This document shows positions 17,351 to 26,432 of a DNA stretch of 64,000 nt, in pieces. A model generated the notes under the pieces. That model had not been told where the DNA came from. It saw only the letters and a program-made list of their open reading frames with translations, and did no database searches. The stretch's first letter is position 1; every line of letters begins with the position of its first letter. The position numbers and the translations under genes were made by a program. Origin of the DNA: Patescibacteria group bacterium (GTDB taxonomy: Bacteria; Patescibacteriota; Gracilibacteria; UBA1369; PNNO01); assembly GCA_042568575.1 (NCBI GenBank), contig JBHPIO010000005.1, forward strand, positions 1-64,000. The letters are read 5' to 3'.

Positions 17351-18844
17351 ATGATTTTGAATAAAACAAAAACAAAAAAACAAATCTATTCTCTTTTAGT
17401 GACAATACTTTTAGTTACTAGTGTTTTTGTGCATACAGGTTATGCATCTTCTTTTAGTTCAAACTATTCGTTGAATGATGAATCTTTAAGTTATTCTAAT
17501 AATTCAGATACTTTGGAAAGTTCATCGTACTCGATGGATATGAGTAATCTTTATTGGACTGATAGGACTGCGGAATCAAGTTCATATAGTGTTATAGATA
17601 GTAACAGTGTAGCTGATACTGGATCTAGTGTTACTCCAACCACTCCTGGTACTGGAGTAAGTGGATCTGTTGCTGGAGGAACAAGAGAAAAACCGGATAG
17701 CGGTGAATCTGACAGTGCAACATTAATTGCACTTGAAGAAGTGGTTGAAGAGGAAGAAGGGGAGGATTTAAACTTACATTCTTCTCCAGATGAGCCTTTT
17801 GAGGATCTTTTTGAAGATCTTTACAGAAGAGCTACCGGGGAAGACTTTGGAGATTTCGTTGAAGAAATTCAGCCAAAACTTGTGGCAAAAGTTGTTTATC
17901 CGCAAGTTGATGTTGGTGGAGAAGACAGCGATGCGTGTAGTTTTTCATTCGAAAATAGATTCTTAGGTTCAAATCCATACATGCCAGATACAGATAAAGA
18001 TGAAATTGAAGATTGCGATGAAGCGCTGATTTATGGTTTGAATCCATTAGTCAATGATGAAATTGAAGGTTATTTAGGAATTTCAAATATTGAAGGATTA
18101 GTTTATACAGAGAAGGCACCACTATTCGTGGGGCATGCAAAAAATCCTATATTTCAAATAGAAATAACTAAAACTGATCCATTTGTTTCCTTTGGATTAT
18201 TCTTTTTAGCAGTTCAGGGAGATGATAATTTTGCAGAAATTAGTGAGGTTGAGTTTGAAGATGGAACGTATGAAGCACACTTGCTTTATGAAGATAACTC
18301 TCAGCCAGAAACAGAAATTATAACTATTGATAGTTCTCTTGAATATGAAACTCTTGAATTGTCGCTTCCGAAAGAAGGTCGATTGGATTCTAAAAATAAC
18401 ATTATTCAAATTAATGGAACTACTGGGGCTTATTACGGCATAGTTGCTGTTTGGGAACATGAGAGTTTTGTAGATGTTTCGGCAGTTGTGTCAGATTGGG
18501 ATGGAAATTTCGAGATATATTCGCCGCAAAGTTTAGAAGATGATGAATACAAAGTCACTTTATATGCTTTATTAAAACAGGATGACTTGTTGGTTCAAAC
18601 AAATTATCAAGAAGTAAACTTTAAGCTTGAAAGTGAAGGCGCTTATGTTTTGGAAGAAGCGGAAAAACAAAATGAATTAAAAATACAACCAAAATTAAAA
18701 TATTTAAAAGCGGATGTAGGCTCAATTGATCAAATGCATTTGGAACGGTCTACTGAGAATACTAATTACATGTACTTACTGTCTTTTAGTATTTTCCTTT
18801 TATTTTCATTAGCAACCTTTTTTACATTATGCAGAAAAAAATAA
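17351..18844 (+). CDS. Secreted acidic surface protein with Ig-like region and C-terminal membrane anchor
   Basis: Signal peptide, Ser-rich 'SSNYSL...ESSSYS' repeats, Ca-binding-like DTDKDEIEDCDE, beta-rich region, then TM followed by RKK. Confidence 0.7.
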   Translation: MILNKTKTKKQIYSLLVTILLVTSVFVHTGYASSFSSNYSLNDESLSYSNNSDTLESSSYSMDMSNLYWTDRTAESSSYSVIDSNSVADTGSSVTPTTPGTGVSGSVAGGTREKPDSGESDSATLIALEEVVEEEEGEDLNLHSSPDEPFEDLFEDLYRRATGEDFGDFVEEIQPKLVAKVVYPQVDVGGEDSDACSFSFENRFLGSNPYMPDTDKDEIEDCDEALIYGLNPLVNDEIEGYLGISNIEGLVYTEKAPLFVGHAKNPIFQIEITKTDPFVSFGLFFLAVQGDDNFAEISEVEFEDGTYEAHLLYEDNSQPETEIITIDSSLEYETLELSLPKEGRLDSKNNIIQINGTTGAYYGIVAVWEHESFVDVSAVVSDWDGNFEIYSPQSLEDDEYKVTLYALLKQDDLLVQTNYQEVNFKLESEGAYVLEEAEKQNELKIQPKLKYLKADVGSIDQMHLERSTENTNYMYLLSFSIFLLFSLATFFTLCRKK

Positions 18845-20238
18845 TCTTAAAAATCGTAAACTTAATTGTTCTCGTGGTACTTATGAGTAGCGTTGCATAT
18901 GCTGCAACATCAGTGCCAGAAAAATTTATTTACGAAGGAAGACTTCTTGATAGTACAGGAACAACGGCTCTTACAACTGCACACACATTTAGATTTAGTT
19001 TGTGGTCAGCGACTGCTGTTGCAGCTGGAGATGTTACTGCCGGAGTAATTAACGTGGCGGCACCTAACTATGGGAGTTGGGAAGAAGAACATACAACAAC
19101 ACCAAATTCAGATGGATTTTTTAGCCTGGAATTAGGATCTGTAGTATCTCTTCCAACAATTGATTCAACAACTCATTTATATCTTCAAGTTGAAGTAAAA
19201 GAATCGGGTGATCCTGTTTCATCTTATGAAATTTTGGATCGTGCTCCTTCTGACGCTCTTGTTGATAGAGCACCAATCGGAAGCGTTCCTTATGCATTAA
19301 ATGCGGATACTCTCGATAACGCTGATGTTGGAACAACAACTGGAGATGTCGTTGTTTTAGGACCTTCGGATGCATGGCCTGTTTCTACTATTCCTGGTGG
19401 AACAAACGAAGATGATTTTGTGCTGGATTCAGATGATGATGCGGCTACTTCGATTGGACTACAATTTGGAACTACTCTGAGCAAAGTACTTTCTTGGGAC
19501 ATCGGATCTGCATACTTCAATTTTAATGACGATGTTAATATCGATGGAGACTTAACAATAAGTGGAACTGTAGATGGCGTTGATGTTGCAACTTTAGATA
19601 CAACAGTAACTTCACATTTAGACGGAGGAGCTTCAAAACATGACGCTTCGGAAGTGGATGTGGAAGCAAGCGATGGTCATTACTATTTTGCTGGTGATTT
19701 GGAGAGTGCAATCGACGATATCGATGAACAACTGTTCAGTTTATCTAGTTCTACTACTACTCAAAAAATTATTTTACCTTCAATTTACGAAGGTGTTAGC
19801 TACAAAGCAGACGGTTCGAGTAATATTGGACGACTTTATTTTGATCATGATGGTACAAACGACAGGAATTATTATGCTTGGACAAGCACTCGTTCTTCAC
19901 TTCAAGATTATGATGTGATTGTTCAAGTACCACTTCCTAACGACTTTGATTCATGGAATGGTGCAAGTCCTTGGACATTTAATTATCGTTCATCAAACGC
20001 GGCTTCAACAGAAAATAAAGCCGATATCTATATATATGATACAGCTGGAGCACTGGTAACTTTAACAGGGTCGAGTACAAATCTTGTTAGTACCACTTGG
20101 GCTACTACATCACTAGGCAATAGCGGAACACCTACCTTTACGGCTGGTGAAACTTTCTTAATCGTAATTAGAATGCACGCCAAATCAAACGAAGAGATGA
20201 ATATTGGCGAAATCGTTCTAGATTATGCTCAAACTTAA
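18829..20238 (+). CDS. Secreted fibre/adhesin-like protein A
   Basis: Signal peptide, N-domain 'YEGRLLDSTG...FRFSLW...DGFFSLELG...LYLQVEV...IGSVPYALNA', beta repeat, and a C-domain shared with the next gene. Confidence 0.7.
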   Translation: MQKKIILKIVNLIVLVVLMSSVAYAATSVPEKFIYEGRLLDSTGTTALTTAHTFRFSLWSATAVAAGDVTAGVINVAAPNYGSWEEEHTTTPNSDGFFSLELGSVVSLPTIDSTTHLYLQVEVKESGDPVSSYEILDRAPSDALVDRAPIGSVPYALNADTLDNADVGTTTGDVVVLGPSDAWPVSTIPGGTNEDDFVLDSDDDAATSIGLQFGTTLSKVLSWDIGSAYFNFNDDVNIDGDLTISGTVDGVDVATLDTTVTSHLDGGASKHDASEVDVEASDGHYYFAGDLESAIDDIDEQLFSLSSSTTTQKIILPSIYEGVSYKADGSSNIGRLYFDHDGTNDRNYYAWTSTRSSLQDYDVIVQVPLPNDFDSWNGASPWTFNYRSSNAASTENKADIYIYDTAGALVTLTGSSTNLVSTTWATTSLGNSGTPTFTAGETFLIVIRMHAKSNEEMNIGEIVLDYAQT

Positions 20239-20256
20239 AATTTAACAACTTGTATT

Positions 20257-21324
20257 ATGGAGCACAAATACAAAAAAACTCTTCTTTTTTCATTTTTAAC
20301 CGGACTTGTTTTAGGGTCAGTAGCACTTGCTACACCAGCTTTGGCCGCGACTCCTGGAGATTTGGTTAATACTGAATCATTCTTCATTATTGATGATGGA
20401 GATGGGACAACTGATCTTCAACTACAATTTGGAGATACACTTGCAAAGGTACTTTCATACGATATAACAAACAGTCGTTTCAATTTTGACGACAATGTTT
20501 ATGTTGAGGGTGATGCATCTTTGGAAGGGAACTTATTACTTGATGCAGATGATACTGCTGGCGATGTGACTATCCAATTTGGAACTACACTTGCAGAAGT
20601 AATCCAGTGGGATTCTGGAAATAGTAGATTCAATATTTCTGATAATACTTATGTTGATGGAACACTTGAAGTAAATGGAGATGTTTATTTCAACCAGAAT
20701 GAAGCAATCGATATGGTTTTTCATAGTGGAACAGCATTTCCTAGCACTCCTGTAGAGGGTCAAACTTTCTATCGAAGTGATCTTAATTCATTTTACATTT
20801 ATGATGGATCTAGCTGGGTGGCTATGGCTGACGCGGCTGGAGCAGATGTGATCTTTTTAGCACCTTTGTATCCTCATACTACATATTATGCGGATGGCGG
20901 TAGCAATACAGGTCGGTTAACTTATTATTACGATAATACTAATGTTGAAAATGCATACAGATGGACAACAAGTAAGGCAGCTGCACAGGATTACGATACA
21001 GTAGTTCGAATTCAGCTTCCTGATAACTTTAGTTCATGGGATTCAACAACACCTATCGAATTTAAATATCGAACTGACACAACTTCTACTGCACAGAATA
21101 AACTTGATTTAACAATGTTTGATACCGCTGACGCAAGCGTTACATTATCAAATAACACAAATCTTGCTAGTTCGGGTGCTGGAACTTGGGAAACTTCAAC
21201 AAATATGGGAATTACAGGTGGAACGTGGACAGCTGGTAGTTGGGTAACTATCAATATTAAAACTACTGCAACAAGTGCCGGAGGTGCTGAAGCAGGTTCA
21301 TTAGTTTTAAACTACAATATCTAG
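20257..21324 (+). CDS. Secreted fibre/adhesin-like protein B (paralogue of A)
   Basis: Signal peptide, two 'QFGxTLAxVxxxD...RFN' repeats, tail-fibre-like 'PSTPVEGQTFYRSDLNSFYIYDGSSW' and the shared C-domain. Confidence 0.7.
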   Translation: MEHKYKKTLLFSFLTGLVLGSVALATPALAATPGDLVNTESFFIIDDGDGTTDLQLQFGDTLAKVLSYDITNSRFNFDDNVYVEGDASLEGNLLLDADDTAGDVTIQFGTTLAEVIQWDSGNSRFNISDNTYVDGTLEVNGDVYFNQNEAIDMVFHSGTAFPSTPVEGQTFYRSDLNSFYIYDGSSWVAMADAAGADVIFLAPLYPHTTYYADGGSNTGRLTYYYDNTNVENAYRWTTSKAAAQDYDTVVRIQLPDNFSSWDSTTPIEFKYRTDTTSTAQNKLDLTMFDTADASVTLSNNTNLASSGAGTWETSTNMGITGGTWTAGSWVTINIKTTATSAGGAEAGSLVLNYNI

Positions 21325-21348
21325 TTTGAATAAACAGGTTTCATATAT

Positions 21349-21383
21349 AAAAAGAGGCACCATATAATTGGCGCCTCTTTTTT
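21349..21383. terminator. Bidirectional intrinsic terminator
   Basis: AAAAAGAGGCACCA-loop-TGGCGCCTCTTTTTT between convergent genes. Confidence 0.8.
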
Positions 21384-21392
21384 GTAGTGTTT

Positions 21393-22397
21393 TTACATGT
21401 TTGCGCGTGCATCATCTCCCATATCGTTTGCAATCTCTTTAACGCTATCCGAAAGAGCATTCACAGAACTATCAATATTTTTTGCTTCTTCTGCAACTGC
21501 CCAAGCCTCTGACGCGTGTGTTTCAGCTTCGCTATACTGCCCGTTAATTCCTGCTACTTTTCCTTTCACAAGATGATCAAAAGCAACTGTGATTTTTTGT
21601 GCAGCCTGTACAACTGGCTCCTCAGGAGAAAGTTCAAGAGCATAATTTGCATAATTTAATGCATTTGCTGCAGCCGATTCTGCTTTTGCTGTATCATTAT
21701 TTCCAAGTGCCTGCAAAATTTTAATTATTTCTGCTTCCGTCATGCTTAAGTAAAGCTGAACTTCTCCACCTTCCATATTAAGCATCAATCTATAAGCTAT
21801 CTGTGCTACTTCACCCCTAGTTAATTCTTTTCCCGGATAAATATTATTTAGTCCATCTGCATTTATTAAATTAGTTGCTCCTGCATAATAAAGGTAAGGA
21901 ATAAACCATTCATTAAGATCCTGAACATCGTAATAAACAACTTCTGTTGGATTTTCGTAAGCGCTTAAATTTACGTTATATGACAGGAGTAGGATTTTTA
22001 GAAATTCAACAAGATTAACTGTTCTGTCGCCGATAAAGTTTCCAGTTTGTCCGTCTCCACTAACAACTTCAAGATCTTTGGCTTTTTTAACATATTTTGC
22101 ATACCATAAATCGGTAGTTACATCTGGAAAAGGATTCTCTGTTGGGTCTTCAAAAGTTTCGTAAAGAGGTGCAACAACAATTTTAACAGCTTCTGCACGA
22201 TTAACTGTATTATCAGGTCTATATGTCCCATCTTCATAACCTTCAATAACACCTTTGCCTTCTAAATATGAAACCGCTGTGTAATATTCGTGTGATTCAG
22301 GAACATCAGAAAATGCTCCAAAAGCAGTATTTGCAAAAATAGGAATTGTGAGAGTGATGACTGCGAGTAAAGAAAATAGTCGTTTTTGTGTACCCAT
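21393..22397 (-). CDS. S-layer homology (SLH) domain protein with helical C-terminus
   Basis: Signal peptide, 'FSDVPESHEYYTAV..L..KGVIEGYEDGTYRPDNTVNRAE', 'FPDV..DLWY' and 'LTRGE'. Confidence 0.88.
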   Translation of the reverse strand: MGTQKRLFSLLAVITLTIPIFANTAFGAFSDVPESHEYYTAVSYLEGKGVIEGYEDGTYRPDNTVNRAEAVKIVVAPLYETFEDPTENPFPDVTTDLWYAKYVKKAKDLEVVSGDGQTGNFIGDRTVNLVEFLKILLLSYNVNLSAYENPTEVVYYDVQDLNEWFIPYLYYAGATNLINADGLNNIYPGKELTRGEVAQIAYRLMLNMEGGEVQLYLSMTEAEIIKILQALGNNDTAKAESAAANALNYANYALELSPEEPVVQAAQKITVAFDHLVKGKVAGINGQYSEAETHASEAWAVAEEAKNIDSSVNALSDSVKEIANDMGDDARANM

Positions 22398-22465
22398 TTT
22401 TAAGAGTTTAAGGACTAAAAAGCTCCTTTTCTCATTATAGGTACTTGTAGTTTAAAAGGAAAGTT

Positions 22466-22825
22466 CTAATTACCTTTCTTTTGGAAAACTTTATGAAGTT
22501 CCTTCTTCTGGGCGTGAGTCATTTCGTAATTAAGGAAGAAAGCAAGAAGTGTACGTAAGAATACGAGCACAACCAGGATAATAATATCGTTTAATCCCGG
22601 ATCAAGCAGCGTTTCGATAATGTCGCGTCCGATAAATACTTCCAAACATAAAATAAGGTAATTACTCAGTTCAATTCGAATTTCAGTAATAAGATGACTG
22701 ATTTGAAGGTGTCTCACTAGGCATGTAGCGAACATAACCACCATTTTTGCGATACCTATGATGATTATACTAACGCCAATTACTTCAAGAATGAGGATTA
22801 CGTATTCGTAGAAAAGAGTAAGCAT
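22466..22825 (-). CDS. DUF1622-family membrane protein
   Basis: 'RIELSNYLILCLEVFIGRDIIET..P...I..L...V.LRT.L.FFL..E'. Confidence 0.8.
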   Translation of the reverse strand: MLTLFYEYVILILEVIGVSIIIIGIAKMVVMFATCLVRHLQISHLITEIRIELSNYLILCLEVFIGRDIIETLLDPGLNDIIILVVLVFLRTLLAFFLNYEMTHAQKKELHKVFQKKGN

Positions 22826-22923
22826 TTTGTTTTTTATTTATGTTTATCACACAATTCTACCAGATTTTAGGGCTTTTGGGTAGGGGGTTTGTTTTAAATA
22901 AGGCAATGATAGAAAGAAAAACT

Positions 22924-22951
22924 TTGACATATCGCAGAATAAAACTATAAT
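22924..22951 (+). promoter_or_regulatory. Consensus sigma70 promoter of the cyclase gene
   Basis: TTGACA-16 bp-TATAAT, 24 bp upstream of ATG 22976. Confidence 0.7.
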
Positions 22952-22975
22952 ACTATCCTCTGAAACTAAATATTT

Positions 22976-25768
22976 ATGCCTGAGGTAAATGAGGAGCAAA
23001 TTAGGGATTATGAAGTGTTTATAAGTAAGCAACTTTTGGAATTGTGGGAACAGCCAACTGATGATGTTTCCGAGCGTGTTCAGCGTGCTCTTGAGATTAC
23101 TGCAGAAGCTGATGAACTTTTGTCTCCTGAGCAGAAGGTTACTTTGGCATATGCAATAAAAGCATTAATGAAAGGTTCTAGAAGTAAAATTAAATTGGAT
23201 CTTGGGATGGATTTTTATAATCAATTGGAATTATCAATACAGCAAATTATAGATAGTAAAGGAGGATCCGGTCCTGGATTTATGGAATTACATAGAGCAG
23301 TGACAACAAGATTAGATGAAATGGATGAATTATCAGAAACTGATGAAGATGTGCTGCAGGCAGAAATTGAAATAGCTCAAATTAAGGCTACAGTTCTTAA
23401 AATATTGAGATCAATGGTTGCAGATAGGAAAGAATTAGCTTTGGCAGAAAAAAAAGTAGATATGAATGAAGCTTTTGATGAGTTGGATGATGAACTTCGT
23501 GAAAAGAAACTTTTTGAAGAGATTATGGGTGATATGCTGGATTTATTGCGGGACGAACTTGAAATTAGGGGGGCGGCAATTTTTTATAATGAGCCATTGA
23601 AAGCAAGCATTGTATTCGATGATGACAATATGCCTGAGGCAAATATTGGAGCTCGAAAAATTCTTTCAACTGCAGAAATTTCTCAAGGGAACGTAAGAAA
23701 AGCTCTAAGTTTGACGAAGGATGAATTAGATGAAGGTGCGGAGCATGCTAGCCAAGAAATTGAGGTTGGTGAAGGAGTAAATACATATTGGGTTATGCCT
23801 ATTGAAATACGAGAATTGAGGCAGAAACTTGGGAGCCTTGTTTTGGTAACAGAGGGGAATGCAGATGCAATTGACGATGATTTTATTGAGTTACTACGAT
23901 ATGTTGAGTCACATGTCGATTCAGTTGTAGATGAGGCTATGAATAATATGTGTAAACAAAGGTTGGCTGTCATAGCTCATGGAATATCTACTTCTACCAA
24001 TATTAGTAATTTGCCAAACGCCTATGAAAAATATCTGAGTTTATTACAAAAAGTTTTAGGAGTAGAAATTACGTTTGTTTATAATGAGAAGTTTAATGAT
24101 AATGGCAGACAAGGATTCAGAGTAACTCAAAATGGTATTATTCCTATTGGAAATGAAGAAGCACAATCTTTATTTATAGATGACCAAGGTGATAATGGTG
24201 AATGGGGTGATAATGGTTATTTTGTAAGTTTATTTGATAAAAGGGGTGATTTGATTACAGAGATTGCCAGAAAGCAGGGTGAATCTGTACCTGATTTTGA
24301 ACCATTCTGTGCTGGGACAGTTATTATTGAAGGAACAAAACCCATAACTGAAGGAGATAGAGAACGAATAGATATTATTATTAGAGCTTTGCATCAGGAT
24401 GTTTTAGAAAGAAGAGGAGAGCATGACAAGTTAACTATGGGAATGGGTAGGTATGTTGCAGAATATGCTTTAGAGGGGGAATTAGCTCTTAAAGGTACTT
24501 TTCCTGCTGCAATTTGTTTTGTTGATGTTGTTGGATCTACGGAGTTATGTACAGAAATAGGTGCACCTGAATATGCAGATGGTTTGAATGTATGGTATAG
24601 CGGAACATCTGAAATTGAAGCAAAGAGAGATAGGCCTGGTCATGTTGATAAATATATTGGCGATGGAATAATGATGACGGCTGGAGTTCCATGTAGGGCG
24701 GATGGGTCCAGTTTTTCTGGTGATTCGCATAATAAAAAAGGAGAATTTTTATTAAATATATTTAGAAATTTAAATCGAACAAAAAAGCAGCGTGGGGGTG
24801 GTAAAGGGGGAAGTCTTAATGCAGGAATTGCTTATGAAGATAAAGTTGAAGTCCGAATGTTAGGAAGAAAAGGTGGAAAAGGAGAAGCAAAACGAATGGA
24901 ATATACTGTTATTGGGGATGCAGTACATATTGCTGCTCGTTTAGAAAGTGTAGCTGAAGATGGCGAGACACTAATACGACTTAAGGATTTCGAATATCTT
25001 CGTAAACATATAGAGCTTCTTAAAAATAAAGGAGAGTGGAATGAAAATGATGTTGAAAATATTCAAAGAGGAGTCCCTACTTGTACTTTATTAAAAGGAT
25101 TATTTGATCCTCATGAGATTGTTAGTACAATTACAACGGAGGAATTAGAAGAGATGGAACGAAAGCAAGAAGAAGTTTTCCGATCTAAAAATGTTGAAGA
25201 AATTACATTTCATTCTGCTGCAGATATTCCAAATGGTGATTATGAATTTAGATATAATGATTCGGGTGAGGATTTAGATCATGGGCAGATAGATATAAAC
25301 TATAGAGGTGCATTTTATAAAGCTGATATCCCGTTATCTGAATTGCCACAGCCAGTTACAAAATGGGTTTCAATTAAGGTGCATAAAGAAATCTTAGCAG
25401 GAGATAAGCCAAAAAGGATACTGCGAGCTCAAAATGGTAAATTATTTATTATAAATTATGAATGTGTGGAAATTATGCAAGCAGAAAGGGTTCAGGCTTT
25501 AAAGAATCAAGCGAAAGAATATGGATTAAGTTCGATTCATCGTAGAGACTTGGTTGGTGGAGACTATGCTGTTAAGTCATTTTCTTTATTAGACGATGGG
25601 TGTTTTGAGTTTGATTTGATGCGAGGTTCAAAGAAACTAAAAGTAATTATTCCTGGAGATAGTTTTGATACAGATGTTGTTAATCCAAAAGTTATTTCAT
25701 GTCGTTCAGGAAGATTTTCTTGCAGGGATGAAGGAGACCCTGAATGGGCTTACATGAGTGCAGCATAG
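22976..25768 (+). CDS. Large soluble class III adenylate/guanylate cyclase with GAF-like region
   Basis: AICFVDVVGST, DKYIGDGIM and EYTVIGDAVHIAARLE. A GAF-like 'VMPIEIRE..KLGSLVL' lies upstream and no TM is evident. Confidence 0.82.
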   Translation: MPEVNEEQIRDYEVFISKQLLELWEQPTDDVSERVQRALEITAEADELLSPEQKVTLAYAIKALMKGSRSKIKLDLGMDFYNQLELSIQQIIDSKGGSGPGFMELHRAVTTRLDEMDELSETDEDVLQAEIEIAQIKATVLKILRSMVADRKELALAEKKVDMNEAFDELDDELREKKLFEEIMGDMLDLLRDELEIRGAAIFYNEPLKASIVFDDDNMPEANIGARKILSTAEISQGNVRKALSLTKDELDEGAEHASQEIEVGEGVNTYWVMPIEIRELRQKLGSLVLVTEGNADAIDDDFIELLRYVESHVDSVVDEAMNNMCKQRLAVIAHGISTSTNISNLPNAYEKYLSLLQKVLGVEITFVYNEKFNDNGRQGFRVTQNGIIPIGNEEAQSLFIDDQGDNGEWGDNGYFVSLFDKRGDLITEIARKQGESVPDFEPFCAGTVIIEGTKPITEGDRERIDIIIRALHQDVLERRGEHDKLTMGMGRYVAEYALEGELALKGTFPAAICFVDVVGSTELCTEIGAPEYADGLNVWYSGTSEIEAKRDRPGHVDKYIGDGIMMTAGVPCRADGSSFSGDSHNKKGEFLLNIFRNLNRTKKQRGGGKGGSLNAGIAYEDKVEVRMLGRKGGKGEAKRMEYTVIGDAVHIAARLESVAEDGETLIRLKDFEYLRKHIELLKNKGEWNENDVENIQRGVPTCTLLKGLFDPHEIVSTITTEELEEMERKQEEVFRSKNVEEITFHSAADIPNGDYEFRYNDSGEDLDHGQIDINYRGAFYKADIPLSELPQPVTKWVSIKVHKEILAGDKPKRILRAQNGKLFIINYECVEIMQAERVQALKNQAKEYGLSSIHRRDLVGGDYAVKSFSLLDDGCFEFDLMRGSKKLKVIIPGDSFDTDVVNPKVISCRSGRFSCRDEGDPEWAYMSAA

Positions 25769-25823
25769 AGATAAATTTTATGCTACAATCGTTTCCGTTG
25801 TAGTACGTAATTTTTTCGTATAA

Positions 25824-26432
25824 ATGGAAAACAAAACTCTCTATTTTATTCGTCACGCGCAGTCTGTTTATAATGAGATGGGTTTGATTCAAGGGGATTT
25901 GGATCCGGCGCTTTCTGAAAAGGGGAGGAAGGATGTTAAAGAGCATGCACCTTTGTATGAGGTGCTTGAATTGAAGCATATTGCACATTCGCCTTTGTTG
26001 CGCGCAAAAACTACTGCAGAAACAATTGGAGAGACGCTTAATATTCCCACTTCAACTTGGCCAGGTTTAGAGGAAATGGATTTTGGAAAGTGGGATTGTC
26101 AGATGAAATTTGAAAATTGGGCACAATTTAGAACTGATTTTTATCAACATGGGATGGCTCCTCCGGGAGGTGAGTCAAAACGTCAAGTTTATGAAAGAGT
26201 GGAGAATGAAGTTATCAATATTTGTAATGAAACGAGTGATGATCCGGTGATGATTGTGTGTCATGGGATGGTTATGAGAATACTTCTTGGTGAATGGTTC
26301 ACAAATTCGTCTGAAAAAGAATTGAGGGCGATTGAAATGCCGAATCTTGCTTTATATAAGGTTGATGTGAAATATGATTCGCAGCAAATAAGACCGCAGA
26401 ATTATGAATTAATAGATATTCATGAAGGTTGA
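25824..26432 (+). CDS. Histidine phosphatase family protein
   Basis: RHAQS, SPLLRAKTTA, EMDFGKW, PGGES, VCHG. Confidence 0.9.
   Translation: MENKTLYFIRHAQSVYNEMGLIQGDLDPALSEKGRKDVKEHAPLYEVLELKHIAHSPLLRAKTTAETIGETLNIPTSTWPGLEEMDFGKWDCQMKFENWAQFRTDFYQHGMAPPGGESKRQVYERVENEVINICNETSDDPVMIVCHGMVMRILLGEWFTNSSEKELRAIEMPNLALYKVDVKYDSQQIRPQNYELIDIHEG

Noticed and set aside
18829-21324. Prophage tail genes
   Set aside because: Both proteins have Sec signal peptides, and there are no capsid, terminase or integrase genes in the window.
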